In this document: positions 1-15,247 of the stretch, piece by piece
How positions within the stretch are numbered: the stretch's first letter is position 1
How the letters are laid out: every line of letters starts with the position of its first letter
DNA from: Octopus sinensis
Lineage: Eukaryota
Direction: 5' to 3'
Assembly: GCF_006345805.1 (NCBI RefSeq)
Contig: NW_021831731.1
Coordinates: forward strand, 1 to 64,000
Length of the DNA: 64,000 bases
Position numbers and translations under genes: made by a program
The notes under the pieces: model-generated
The model's input: the letters and a program-made list of their open reading frames with translations, nothing else
Told to the model about the DNA's origin: nothing
The model's database searches: none

Positions 1-90
1 TACATGCATATATATATATAATATATATATATATATAATATATATATAATATATATATATTATATTTATATATATATATAATATATATAG

Positions 91-911
91 AGGAAAGCGG
101 GGTTAAAAATGCAGAGGTTTTTTAAAGATGTTTATTGACTTGACCGGTTTCACTTTTTTTAAAAAAAGATTATCAAAAGTAAAATATAAAGCTTAGTATA
201 AGCTTTGTTGTGGTAAGAAATGGTTATCATAGTTGTATTAAAATATAGTTATACAGTGTTTGATAATGAGGAGAAGAGGTTAGAAAATAGAATCTTTGAC
301 AATGATAAGAAAATGTTAAGAGGGGCTTTTTGTTTAAACATTTTACATGAAAGTGTTCAAAATAGGTAGTAAAATAAATTTATAATTATTTTAAGTTCAT
401 TCAAAAATTATTGTTGTATAGAAGCATATATACAGAGGGAATCATATTTAAGTATTTATATATCATTTTAGGGGAATGCCCAACCTTTCCACCCTTCATC
501 TCCACACACTACAAGAGAGGAAGGATGGAAAGGTTGGTCATTCCCCTAAAATTCTGTATAAATACTTAAATATGATTCCCTCTGCATATATGCTTCTATA
601 CAACAATAATTTTTGACGAACTTAAAATAATTATAAATTTATTTTACTACCTATTTTGAACACTTTCATGTAAAATGTTTAAACAAAAAGCCCCTATTAA
701 CATTCTCTTATCATTGTCAAACATTCTAAATTTTAATATCTTCTTATCATTATCTAAGACTGTATAACTGTATTTTAATACAACTATGATAACCATTTTT
801 TGATACAACAAAGCTTATACAAAGCTTTAGATTTTACTTTTGATAATCTTTATTTAAAAAGTGAAATAAACATCTTTAAAAGACTTCTGCATTTTCCAAA
901 CCATCTTTCCT
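91..911. mobile_element. ~820 bp foldback element beside (TA)n; probable non-autonomous Penelope-like insertion
   Basis: Arm 91-502 is the reverse complement of 515-911 with scattered mismatches, around a 12-nt loop (cacacactacaa, 503-514). An HHR motif lies near the outer ends. Confidence 0.75.
138..180 (-). ncRNA. Minimal type-I hammerhead ribozyme, U3-A8 core variant
   Basis: Minus strand reads actt-UUGAUAA-u-cuuuuuuuaaaaaaag-u-GAAA-ccg-GUC-aagt: stem I actt/aagt, palindromic ACCGGU stem III, GUC site. Confidence 0.6.
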
Positions 912-959
912 ATATATTTTCACTCGTGCGGTCCTTGCAAATTTACTTTGTTATATTAT

Positions 960-1013
<54 letters not shown>

Positions 1014-2614
1014 CACAACTTTATTAATCCTTACATTGTGTATCTCGTGGCCAATCTTTAAATGATTATGAAAGTGGAATATAATTCTTACTATATATAT
1101 AATAAACACACAAAAATTGTTTGAACTCTATAACGAGCGTTGCAAGTTGGATAAAATAGAATAAAGGGCTCGTATTTGCTAACAATATAATATTCATTTG
1201 CAAAGAGGAATTGTGGAAGGTATTGACACAGGAACGGATAAATTTATACAACGTGACGTAATCTTCGTGAGACAAAAAAAATCTGTCATTAGAAATTACT
1301 TATATTTCGGTGGAAATGTAAAAAAAGGCAATAATTGCGTATGTATGTCTAATAGTAAGCGAAAATAATTTGGTTTTTAGGTGTCTTCATAATTTCAAAA
1401 CGTTTTAAAATTCATTTTATTTGATTGGATTCATATTGCTCCAGAATATTAAACAATGCAAAGTTCATACTAATGATGGAATCATCTATTTTGCAGCACA
1501 TAATTGGTAAGTAAATACAATGAAGCATTATCTATAATGAAATAACATCTCTGACCTTTTCTTTAATTCATAGATGGCTTGAAATAACGGAAATAAAATT
1601 TCGTTTAGGTAAAGCTTACAGCAAACAAACTTGAAGAGAGACAAGTAATTACAATTGATTTAGTGAAGTTAATAATAGGCTATTTAATTTTAAACATCAC
1701 CATATTTGTTTCTTTTTAAGAACCAAATATGCCTGGAAAGGATCGTGGAGAATCTTTAAAACACTTTTCGGTCAATCCTCGTTAGATCTTAGCTCAATAA
1801 ATTAGAGTTTTCGAGGTAGTTATTTCGAGCAATATAATTACAAGGAGGTGGGAAATTACACTGTTGGTGTTGAAAAAGCTTTTGGAAATAAAACGATTGA
1901 GTTTGCAAAATATTTCCGATGGAACATAGTTATCAATTAATTAAAAGGAAATTAGGTTAAAGAAATGAATTTCTTTTAAATCGAATGATATCTATGATTC
2001 ATCGGAAAATGAGAAGTGATTGAATTTAGGCGGTTTCTATCAAATATTTGTCCGCACGTTTAAACTAAATTCTGGATCATATTTCATGGACTATTTTTCA
2101 AACATGGAGATTAAGAACGTGTTGTGTATTGTATTTTATTTGTAAAGCTACACTTATAATGGACTTTATTGTATGAATGAGAAGCACTTATGAAGTGAAC
2201 ACATTTAAGGATAAAAAGGGAATACGTTTACTAATATTAAGAATTAAATTTCGTAAAATAGACGGGGAGGGCGATTTTAATTTATATTACTAATCCTTCA
2301 TTAGGGTTTTTTAGTAAAGGCGAAATGTATTCGTATCTAAATTAAGGAAATACAAAAGAACTAACTATACTGATATTAGTGCTGGCTGTAATTCATAAAC
2401 CTATTTCAATAGATAATTTTATGAGTTAATTTTTAAATCTAATTCCTGATCATCCATACTGCATGGAGAAGAAATACCTTCGTCTATGAGCAAAACTCAA
2501 AAACTAGAAAATATTTTATAAAATCCCAAAATATACATTCAAATATTTGTACACACACTTGTAAGCGATAATTGACATTTCACACACACACACACACAAC
2601 ACACACACACACAC

Positions 2615-2657
<43 letters not shown>

Positions 2658-3000
2658 ACACACACACACAAACATACACACACACATACATGTTCTCATA
2701 TCCATTTTATTATTTTGTATTTTTTTTTCGTTTCCATTCTATATGTCATCCACCTTCTAATTTTTGAAAAAATGGATACTTTCTCAACCACTAAAATCTC
2801 ATTGTTCCATTTAATCAGAAGGAGCTCATTAGATTTTTCAAATATGTGGTGACATATGTTTATAATTATAATCGTTCGCATGTCACCAACATGAAACTCA
2901 GAAAAGCGATTACTGACAGTTCAGCTTCCAGTAAATTATATAATACTAAATTTCAGTATTGAGTACTCTTTGCTCCTTCTTTTGACTTCATATATTATAT

Positions 3001-3082
<82 letters not shown>

Positions 3083-3859
3083 ATGTAGGTCCCGGGTAGA
3101 GTCGGGGTTAACCACAGTAAATAATGATGATTTCATTGAATGAAACAGTTCTAGTCCTGTAGAAGCTCCTTCTATAAATATATATATATATATATATATA
3201 ATATATATATAATAATATATATATATATGTGATTCCGTGGTGTGTTGTGTGTGCATGTGTTTGTGCATGTGTCTATGTGTGCATGTATAACTGTATATTT
3301 ACGTATATATGTATGCATATACGTATCATTGTTTACGTACATATATATGCGTATACGTATGCACAAAATGTGTGCTCGCACATTAAGACACACACATTAA
3401 CATTAGACATTAAAAGAGAAATACATACATGTTCTCCATCTTATATTTCAATGGATAGTGAAACTACGCAAATGTATTCCAAGTATTTACATAACTAGAA
3501 ACTTTATTGAGAAATAGAAAAAATATTATAAAAAATTCATATATATATATACATGTGTGTGTGTGTGTTTACAGTGGAAGGGAAAGAGAGGGACGGAAAG
3601 AGAGAGTCTCCGCTGTCTACATTTCTAGTTTGTTGAGTATTTCGCTTTATGTGAGTCAGCCAAACATGGCTGCCTGACTTTCTACTACGTCATTTTATTC
3701 ACCACAGACAGTTTACAAATGCATTGATACGAAAGCAGGGAAGGAACGTTATTTTTGCTTGCTTTCCTGATTATATATGCTTGCCTTACATTTTCATGTT
3801 GTATCACATATCTATAAACAGTATAAACTGTATAAACTTGTTTCAGAGGAAATGTATAC

Positions 3860-3951
<92 letters not shown>

Positions 3952-3952
3952 A

Positions 3953-4032
<80 letters not shown>

Positions 4033-4832
4033 GTGTGTGGTGTGTGTGTATATATTATCAACGTACCAATAAATTATTTTTTTTTAATCCTTCTGCACAC
4101 TATGTAATGTCACTGTAGGTTGTACATAAAATACCTACTTTACAAGGTTCCTTTAATTAAGTTCGAGTTCAATTTCTACTATATAACCTTACTTTTTTTC
4201 TGTGAAAGCTATGAAAATATGTTTGTGTGATACTTTTGAATATCTAGATCGATTAGAGATCGTACAAAGTTCACCCTATTTTGTGGTTAAAATATAAGTT
4301 GGGCGCATCTAGTATTAGTCAAAGTGTTTTTTCCTATAAAAGTTTCTTTCTATATAAATCAGAGGCCGTGTGTCTGATGAAAAAGAATTAACTTGTAAAA
4401 AGGATAGCTAGAGAGTATTATAGAGTGGAAAAAACATATAAGAAGACAAATCTGTGATTTATGTTCGATTCTCAGTCGCAACCAATTTATTTATGTCCAT
4501 AAAGTCCTAGCGAAAGCTATAAACCATACAACTCATCTGAGAAGGTGGATAATACCAAAGAGTGGAAGTAAACTTCCGGTAAACAATATTCAAATACCGG
4601 TTTCGAGTTTTAGTAATTTTAACTCACTTTCCTCACTAATGTATTCTGAAAAGACATGCACATCAATCTCTACTATGCGTAGTCATAGCAATGTAATCCA
4701 GAAATTTTCTTTGCAACAATGTGATTCCAGTTTCGATCACACTAATTTTGAAAAGTGTCGAATGGCCTTATGAATTTGAAGGACTAAAATTGTGTTAAAA
4801 CCCATCACATTTGCGCGCGCGCGTAAACACGC

Positions 4833-4870
<38 letters not shown>

Positions 4871-5912
4871 CAACACACACACACACACACACACTTATTG
4901 TGTGCATATGCTGTGTGTGCATCTATGTATCTTTCAATTATGCATATGAACAACCAAATCGAACGAAGCCACTTGTGATATTTGTTCAGTCCGTGTTGTA
5001 TAGGTACTCTCTTGTTACACTCATTACCAGAAATGTAAGAAACGGTCGATAAGCCCGTTGTAAACCAATAACAAATGAGGTTATTGTTCACAGATGCAAC
5101 AAAATTTATAAATATATCACAAATTCGCATTTTTTCTTCCTTTAAAATACTGGACCGTTTTATATAATCAAACCGAACTAATACTACTCTCTTTCTTCAA
5201 ATGAAGTTTATAAAGCGAGAGAAATGTTGCTAATATGTCCGGTGGTCAGTACTGAACATTAAAACTCTTGTTTTGCTCGTAAATCGGTTTCGATTACTAA
5301 TCGAAATAATTTCCTATCGTGTTAATACTCTTGGATAAGTTAAAAAGATCTGAGGCATTATACTTGTGTAAGAAACAATTATCTTTTCAAGATAAGGCGA
5401 GCTGTGTTAATGTACAGGGAATATTATAGCAAACCGAGTCCGTCACCTTGAACATTGAAGTGTCTTTTTTAATGGCTAGTTAGAAGAAGAGGGCCAGAAC
5501 TCGTTATAAATTTTGCCAGGCTCTGCCAGACTTAATAAATATCGAGTTTCAGGTTGGAAAGTTGTCAAGTCAATAACAGCAGAAATACAATATATTAAAA
5601 TTTCTTTAGAAAGAGAAAAGATTACTTTCACTGAAATTTTCAATCACTTTTAACATATAGTTATTCAACGGTTGTAGTAGAGATTGGGTTCATGACAAAA
5701 TGTTTTCCAATATTTAGTTATGTTCTCTATATTCTGAGTTCATTACCTCACTTGTGTTGAACTTTGTTGCTCATCTACTTTAAGTCTATGGAATAAGTAC
5801 CGACCACAGATTAGAGTCGATTCTATCGATTACACCACCTATTTTATACTAATGTGAGATATAAGTTATTTTTGTGTTAAAAATAATCGTCAACAAAATT
5901 GCACACTACATA

Positions 5913-6073
5913 GCGCAGGAGTGGCTGTGTGGCAAGTAGCTTGTTTACCAACCGCATGGTTCCGGGTTCAGTCCCACTGCGTGGCACCTTGGGCAAGTGT
6001 CTTCTACTATAACCTCAGGCCGACCAAAGCCTTGTGAGTGGATTTGGTTGACGGAAACTGAAAGAAGCCTGTC

Positions 6074-6140
<67 letters not shown>

Positions 6141-6389
6141 AATATATATATATATGTGTTTGTGTGTTTGTGTGTCTGTGTTTGTCCCCCTAGCATTGCT
6201 TGACAACCGATGCTGGTGTGTTTACGTCCCCGTTACTTAGCGGTTCGGCAAAAGATACCGATAGAATAAGTACTGGGCTTACAAAGAATAAGTCCCGGGG
6301 TCGATTTGCTCGACTAAAGGCGGTGCTCCAGCATGGCCGCAGTCAAATGACTGAAACAAGTAAAAAGAGTAAAAAAGAGTAAAAGAGTA
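5913..6389 (+). mobile_element. tRNA-derived SINE family A (CORE-like accttgggcaagt segment)
   Basis: A/B-box-like head gagtggctgtgtgg...gggttcagtccc, internal (TA)n, 3' gtaaaagag repeats. Near-identical to 22998-23407. Confidence 0.85.
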
Positions 6390-7829
6390 CTCTGATATTC
6401 TGTCTATAAACATAATATCACTATGTATAATATCAGTACAACCCAACTCACTTTTTATACTCTAGTTGCAAGGAATTGTGTTGAATACAGCAATGTAGTA
6501 TACTTGCCGTTATTATATCTCATACTAACTAAAAATCACAAATTCATAGGAAAAGGGTTTTATAGTTACCTGAATCTTCTACCCTCATTGGCGGTTTGTA
6601 ACAGTATGATTGTATACTGCTTATATACTTATATTGCTTCTTTTTATACCAGGAAGCAATGTAGAAAGCATATAGAAGTAATATAGAATATAGAAGCAAT
6701 ACTGGATTGACTGAAAGATATCTAGTATGTTTGATATTTCTGTTATACACTACAATGATGAAAGACATAATTGGCTTTGGAAGAATTTAGATTAAGAATA
6801 TAGATGATGAAAGTAAATACTACAAGGAATTTAGTCCGACGCGCCATTGTTTCTGTTAATATTACAGTCTAATCATCATATGATAATTGCTTCTTTCGCT
6901 GGCACCAGATGTCGTATTTTAGGAGAGCGGTGCAGTCGGTTTAATTGATCAAACATATGATATATATTTATTTTTATCGATATCATAATGTTGGAAGATA
7001 AAGTCGATTTCGATGAAATTTGAAACTTAGGACATAAAGCATCATAACTAAATACTTTAAGGTATTTAGTCGATCCCTCTGCCATTCTATGAGTCCGCTA
7101 TTATAATCGTCTATGCCATTATATCCCTGCTGTTAGCAGAATAGTTAAAAGGTCGGACATTTGGCTGGACAGTTGTAGTCTAATATGACTTTGCAGACCG
7201 CTAAGCATCTCCTACTGACCCTACTTATATCTAACTGGGGAATAGGTAAGAATATTATAGAGAACGATTCGGTAATTTTGTACCGAACTAACCAGCAACT
7301 TACTAGTAACTCGATATCTTACTGTGCTCAGATAAACTTCTCTCAAAAGATAAATAGAAAACTCTTTGAAATCGCTCCACTTTCCTGATAAAACATAAGA
7401 TTGACCTCTAATGGCTATATACAACCTCTTTTTGTTTCCTTTCACTAATATTTGTAATTTCTGGTCACTTTTACATTGTTTACAATGAATCTTTTAAATT
7501 TTCTCCTCTTTCCTTCTTTATACATTAATCTTTATGGCAGTCATCCTTCTGAATTCACCATAACATGCAAATAGTATGGTAAATCAAAACATTATTTACA
7601 CATTTATGTTTAATAGGTACTCAAGAGAAAGAGAAGGTTTTAATGTTCATGCTTTTCATAAAAATACGGTTCAAGCAATGTAGGTGAACACAAAGTGATT
7701 TCATATGGTAATAGAAAGCACATCGTAGGTTCACCTCGGAGAAGGAGGTCAAAATAAAACTATAGCATTCTCCAAACATTTGCTGAGCTGAAGAGAGAGT
7801 CTTTACGCGCTCTCTCCTGCTAGATATAT

Positions 7830-8010
7830 TAGCTCAATCTATCTCCCTTAAGTCACATACCACCATCTTAAACAAGAACGCGCACTGGATATGTGGTTCA
7901 GGGTATACTATTCTTTGAAAAAGATAGAATGGTCATGGCTGGAAAGCCTTTGATCAAATGCCTGTTCAAATAGACTGACATGGAGCTAAACAACGGGAGC
8001 AACAACAGCA
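7830..8010 (+). mobile_element. Old interspersed repeat family D (SINE-like 3' part)
   Basis: Shares ggtcatg(g/a)ctggaa..ctttgatca...gctaaa with 28400-28590 (+) and an inverted copy at ~8335-8550. Confidence 0.45.
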
Positions 8011-8896
8011 GCATGACATATAGTTTGTGTCTTGGAAACATTATTCACTGGCTTAGAAGTACATCCTTTGATTTTGAATGAATGAATGAATGAGTGAATG
8101 TCACACCAGTTCATGTTGTTTCTAATTTTGTCAACCTAGTAGTTATATGCGCAAAAATATCTGAAGGAGAGCACACGGGAAATATAGAAGTGATGCGCTT
8201 CTAAGGAACATTTGCAATGCAAGTGAGTTAAAAATGATTACAAGCACAAATCAAAAGCAGGTCACGGATTCGGCTTGTAAAGAGCCTACTTCTATTCTAT
8301 GAAGCTTATCTGCAACTCATCAGGTTACTGTTAATATTTTTGCCTCAGATCAGTCCTAAATCAGGTTTAATATGATCAAAGGCATTCCAATCCTGGCAAT
8401 TTCAGTTTTTCGTTTTAGATACGACCTATCGAGAATCGTATTACCATATTTTACAGTCTTAAAAATGATATCAAGTTTTTCTAAAGTGACGAAATATAAT
8501 TCAAGACTGATTCGGCCGCTCACTCTATCAGATTGAACGACTATGTAGAACTAGCATCTTACCCTTTACTTTGTTAAAGACATACCTAGTCTCTGTGAGA
8601 AGATTTGAATACGATATCTCAAGTTATTTACAGAATGCTTTCACTGCTTATAGCAGGTAAGTTTTGTCTCTGCAATTCTTCATTCAACAAACAGAATTTA
8701 ACCAGTGAGACTTAAATACATACATTTACCGTCGTAGGGAACTGACAGACCCTTTTGACAATATGGTCAAAAAGATGGAAAGCCAATAAAACACCTATAA
8801 TCACTTGTCCTGCTTAGACATAGAGAACCATATTTGTTTTTATCATGTTGAATTTCTCCTTGCAATCGAAATACCTGATAATATTTCTAACAAACA

Positions 8897-9290
8897 AGAC
8901 GGAGAGCTGGCAGAAACGTTAGCACGCCGGGCGAAATGCTTAGCGGGTATTTCGTCTGCCGTTACGTTCTGAGTTCAAATTCCGCCGAGATCGACTTTGC
9001 CTTTCATTCTTTCGGCGTCGATAAATTAAGTACCAGTTACGAACTGGGGTCGATGTAATCGTCTCAATCCGTTTGTCTGTCCTTGTTTGTCATCTCTTGT
9101 GGGTAGTAAAGAAATAGGTATTTCGTTCGTTTTTACGTTTTAAGATCAAATTCTACTAAGGTCAACTTTACCTTTCATCCTTTAGAGGGTCTATAAAATA
9201 AGTTCCTGTTGAGCACTGGAGTCGATGTAATCAACTTAACCCCATCCCCGAAAATTGCTGGCCTTGTGCTAAAATTTGAAACTAATGTTA
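8897..9290 (+). mobile_element. tRNA-derived SINE family B (MetaSINE-like core), dimeric
   Basis: Head gagctggcagaaacgttagc, B-box-like gagttcaaattcc, and the core gcctttcat(c/t)ctttcgg.gtcgataaattaagtaccag present twice. Confidence 0.8.
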
Positions 9291-9894
9291 CTAACAAATA
9301 AATTTACAGATAAAAAAAGAAATCTCCAAAGAAAACAAGCATAAAGCTTAATAAACAACCATAAAATATCTATTAAAAACAAACATACAGGTAACATTTG
9401 TATTCTTCCAAAAGGCTTTCAATTTTCCAACATATATCCCCAGTATCCATGCTCATAACGACTCAAGAATATACTTAGATATATTTAGAACCTTTAATCT
9501 GGACTCCACAATTATAATTTTGCTTCTTTCTAGATTTCAATGTCTGGTACCTTTCTTAGCTTGGTGGCAAAGAAACGTAATGTCTACACTTCAAATCAAA
9601 ACACCGACTTCAGGAATCAATATAACGTCATTCTGTTTTGGATTTATAAAAGATTAAATGTTCTTAACACTTCAATTTTAAAGCTTTATAAAGCTGTTTA
9701 TTTGAAGACACCCCCACTTCCTTTGCACCAAAAATAAGAACATTTTCTAAAGCTATAGTTAATATATTGGGACTTGTTTTCTGTATTTTTGTTTAGCAAG
9801 TCAACGCAAAATAATATTAAATTCTTTTGATTTATTTGCTCATATATATTTGCGAGTGAGCGTGTACGTGTGTGTTTCAATGTAGATATTTATG

Positions 9895-9927
9895 TGTACA
9901 CACACACACACACACACACACACAAAT

Positions 9928-9970
<43 letters not shown>

Positions 9971-10014
9971 TTTCCATACTTACATTGTATATATAATATA
10001 TATATATATATATA

Positions 10015-10054
<40 letters not shown>

Positions 10055-10345
10055 CACACACGGAAAAAAAATTACTCGCAAACACACGCATACAACTTTA
10101 ATTTGCAAATTGTTTGTACGTATGTAAGTATAACACTATCTGAGAATCTGGATATGTACACATGGGTTTGTGAATATTATTTTTCATATAGACACTCTCT
10201 TTTACACACACAGAGACACAGACACACACACAAACACACACATGCATGCATAGACACACACAAACACACAAACGCATGCAGATAAATATGTGAGCAAATA
10301 AATCAAAAGAATGTATATATATATATGTATATGTATGTATATATA

Positions 10346-10376
<31 letters not shown>

Positions 10377-10528
10377 CTATATATATATATATACTATATA
10401 TATATATATGTATATATGTTATATATACATACATATATAAATGTATATATACATATATCTATATGTATATATACACATATCTATATCTATATGCATATAT
10501 ACATATCTATCTATTTATATATCTATCT

Positions 10529-10572
<44 letters not shown>

Positions 10573-10686
10573 GTGTATCTATATATGTATATATATACAT
10601 ATGTATATATACATATATATATGTATATATACATATGTATATATATATACATATGCATCTATACATATATATATATGTACATATAC

Positions 10687-10717
<31 letters not shown>

Positions 10718-10893
10718 TATATGTATATTTACATATATGTATATATATATGCATGTGTGTTTGCCTATGAGTATACGCTTGTATGTATGCGTGTGTGCCT
10801 GTGAGTACACGTTTGTATGTATGTGTACATATATTTATGCTTTTATATGCTTGCTTATATATATGCACATACATATCTATATGCATATATGTG

Positions 10894-10942
<49 letters not shown>

Positions 10943-11061
10943 GCACACACATATATCACATATATACATATACACATATTTATGCCTGTATCTGTCTATC
11001 CATCCGTCTACCTGTGTATAAAGAAAATTATATCAAGACATACTGAATAAAAAATATTTTG

Positions 11062-11126
<65 letters not shown>

Positions 11127-11392
11127 GAGTATGTGTGTGTGTATATATATATATGTGTGTGTGTATACATATAAACATATATATATTCATAAATGTGTAT
11201 GTGTATATATACATGTATACATATGTGTATATATATTTATGTATATATAAATATATATGTATATATATATACATGTATATACGTGTATGTATATATATAT
11301 ATGTATATGTATATATGTATATGTGTATATATATGTGTATATGGATATATATATTTATATGTATCATCATCATGTATATATATACTTATATG

Positions 11393-11434
<42 letters not shown>

Positions 11435-11566
11435 GTGTGTGTGTGTGTGTGTATGTGTGTGTATTTATGTATATATATGCATTTATATATATACGTATGT
11501 ATGGGAATTAAATATACATATATGTGTATACAAACTGATTCCCACTGTATTAAGTATTTATATTAG

Positions 11567-11611
<45 letters not shown>

Positions 11612-11650
11612 CACACATATAATGTGTGTGTGTGTGTGTGTGTGTTTGTG
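9895..11650. repeat. Compound (CA)n/(TA)n/(TATG)n microsatellite field
   Basis: Seen directly; source of many YI/HT/CV pseudo-ORFs. Confidence 0.95.
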
Positions 11651-12546
11651 CATACCTATTAATGTGTGTATTTTACCAAAGTACTATTTTTATTGCATGT
11701 ATAATTTTTCAAGAGCACCAAAAACTGTCCATCAATGCAATTTTCTTTGATATATATTTACATACTCAACTTGTCAAAATATTTTATGAATGAAAAAAAA
11801 TTAATCAAATTGAGACTAATTTCCCTTCGATATCTAATACGATCGAACATAAATATACGAAACTCAGTTATAGCCTCATATTCACTTCATGTGCAAAGAA
11901 CGCCATGGATACGTTTTTGTCCGAAATTATGGCTTCCCACCTATGCAGTTATTGTAGTATTAACATCCTGAATTCAGTAGATCGTAAAACGATGATAACA
12001 CTTTTCTGTTGACATTTATGTTTTTGAATATGATGCGTTCCCAGACCAGCTCCCTTCCACCTGTCTGTTGCTTGGCAACTTCTTCTAAACTGCAATGATA
12101 TATTGATAAAGCAGTCATCAACGAGCCATTAGGAGCTGCGATTAAAACGAAGATCAGTTTAAGTGTTTGTTATTACACATTTCATTATATGCATATGCGT
12201 GCTTCAAGATGAAAATGAAGCTAAGCGCGGGAAACATAAGCAGCAATAGGTTGCTTAATATGTCTCTTAAAAAAATATTTATTTCTTTTATATATTTTAA
12301 AATATAATCTTTGTACATTTTTTAAATAGAATTTTCTCTAACTATAATGAAAGATTTTGCGTATCGTTCCGACAAAGACATTTTGAAATGTGATAGGAAA
12401 AACAACCTCCCCACAGAAAAAAAACCAAAAAAAACTGAGAAAGCGGGAGGGATGTGTGTATCTGAAACAGAAATAGAGAGAGTGTGTTTAAGATTGAGAC
12501 AGTGTCTGAGATAGAGAAAAAGAGAGCGAGAGAGAGAGAGAGAGAG

Positions 12547-12578
<32 letters not shown>

Positions 12579-13414
12579 TGTGTGTGTGAGAGAGAGAGAG
12601 AGAGAGCAATATAGCGAGTTGTTTAAGATCTGGATATCAATAAGAATATCGAATGTCGCAAAACAGTCGCGATCCGTATTGATTTCAATTACAAACCGAA
12701 GCTACTTCACTTCTCTTAAGTCGCCAATGTGTTGGAGAAAGACACGAATGTCATATTTTCGTTCTGCTATCTCTTAAAATATTGGGCTCTAGTGTCTGGT
12801 CAAACGAAAACCAATATCTATAATGTTATTCTGCTTGATGCGATATGTGTTCTAGTATTACGCTTTTAACTGTCTTAACTACCGGAAGGAATTCGAAGAC
12901 AATTGAAATCTTTAACATAATGAAACAAACTTAGTGTTTTACATGACATTGCTTTACTGCAAATTGTTGTTGCGGTTTAACCACAGGCTAGCCCCGTTTG
13001 AGTATGCTTATGATCAAAGGTATTCTAAATTTGAACATTCTGTCTTCATAGGAATAGCTAAGATTACATAATGTAATGTGTTCTTTTTTTAAGACCATAA
13101 AAATATAATTTGAAAGAATTTGGTTGCTATTTCCGACAAGCCTAACGACTACGTGAATATTCTTCAACGGAATTCTTGTGGTGGATTTGAGTTGTTTCTT
13201 GATTTCTAGGTGTGTAGTTAGTTCAGTTGCTTCTAGCAAAGAGGTATCTTTTTTTTTTTTAACTTGTATATATGGTTGATAGCAGAATGCATTCTCATTG
13301 ATGCTAAGAAAGTTCTGATATATTGAACATACCGGTATTATTATACATAGGTACATACATATATGCATACATACACGCTCCACTCACAACCACATATATC
13401 CATACACATGTATA

Positions 13415-13755
<341 letters not shown>

Positions 13756-14593
13756 GCATTATATACATATATAAGAAGAGAGAAGATTAGAGAGAGAACT
13801 AAATATTCATATTTGCGTGTGTGTGTGTATATATATATATATATGTATATGAATATGCACACACATACACACAAATACACACACACGCACGCCCACCCGC
13901 GCCCACCCACCCATACACCCACCCACCCACCAAATAAATGGAAAGTGTGTGTGTATATAACATGTACATGTGTGTTTGTAAGTATGAATAGATTTGTTCA
14001 TGACTGACTAAGCTAACTAATTTTAGCAGAGCTCTCGGTGAATCAACTGGACCAATGAGACAACATATGGTGAATACACGTCATAGACACATTTCGTTGA
14101 TATTTCCTACTATATGTAACATAATAGCCCCTTTCAAAGGAAACCTGCCATAGCGATGTGGGCTGTCCATTTACTTGCTTATACACCTACACATACACGC
14201 ACATTGCATATATTCGCATTATTATATGTATTTGTTACAGACGCGCGCGCACACACACTCATACATATATATTTATTATATATGTATTCTCTATATTATA
14301 TACATATATACACGTATATATATATGTATATGTATGCATCTATCTATATATGTATATATAAATATAAATATATATATAAATATAAATATATATATATAAA
14401 TATATATATAAATATATATATACATATGTAGATATATATACATACATATATATATATATACATATATATATTTACATATATATTAAATATATGAGACATA
14501 AAAATAATACAGATTATATAATATATATATATATATATATATTATATAATATATATATATACATACATACACGTCAGTACCGAACATTGAGAA

Positions 14594-14626
<33 letters not shown>

Positions 14627-15055
14627 TGTGTGTGTGCACGTGTGTGTGTGTGTTTGCGCGCTTGTATGTATGTGTATTATATATATATATTTATATAAGC
14701 AATTTGCAAACAGTAACGAGGTTTGGAGGTTTAACTTTTGGTCGATAATATCTTTAAATTGCCCTATAGAATTTATTGCGAGATTCTCTTAGAGAGAGGT
14801 TTAGGTTAGAGAACGTTGATGGGAGCATGTTATTTACACGCCCCTCTCAACTCTATTAAGACGGTCATGTTGCTATTCCGTAGTTATTGAAATGTGACTA
14901 AGTGTATCAATGTATGTGTCTATCTGATCTTGTATGTAGCTGTGTATTTGTATCACTATGGAGCGTGCATCTGATGGCGTAGATGTATATCCGTTTGGTT
15001 GTGAAGATATAGTTGCTGCGTGTCTTGGAAGCCAATCTGTCTGTCTGTCTGTCTA

Positions 15056-15112
<57 letters not shown>

Positions 15113-15119
15113 ATCTATA

Positions 15120-15247
<128 letters not shown>

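Noticed and set aside
1380-2200. Splice-like signals (gtaagt at 1507, ag at 1573 and 1720) suggesting a small-intron gene
   Set aside because: Stops in the joined frames I tried and no recognisable protein motif.
3085-3175. HHR-like aTGATGA..GAAAc..GTC between TA runs
   Set aside because: C3 is missing and stem I is not adjacent to the core; too weak to call.
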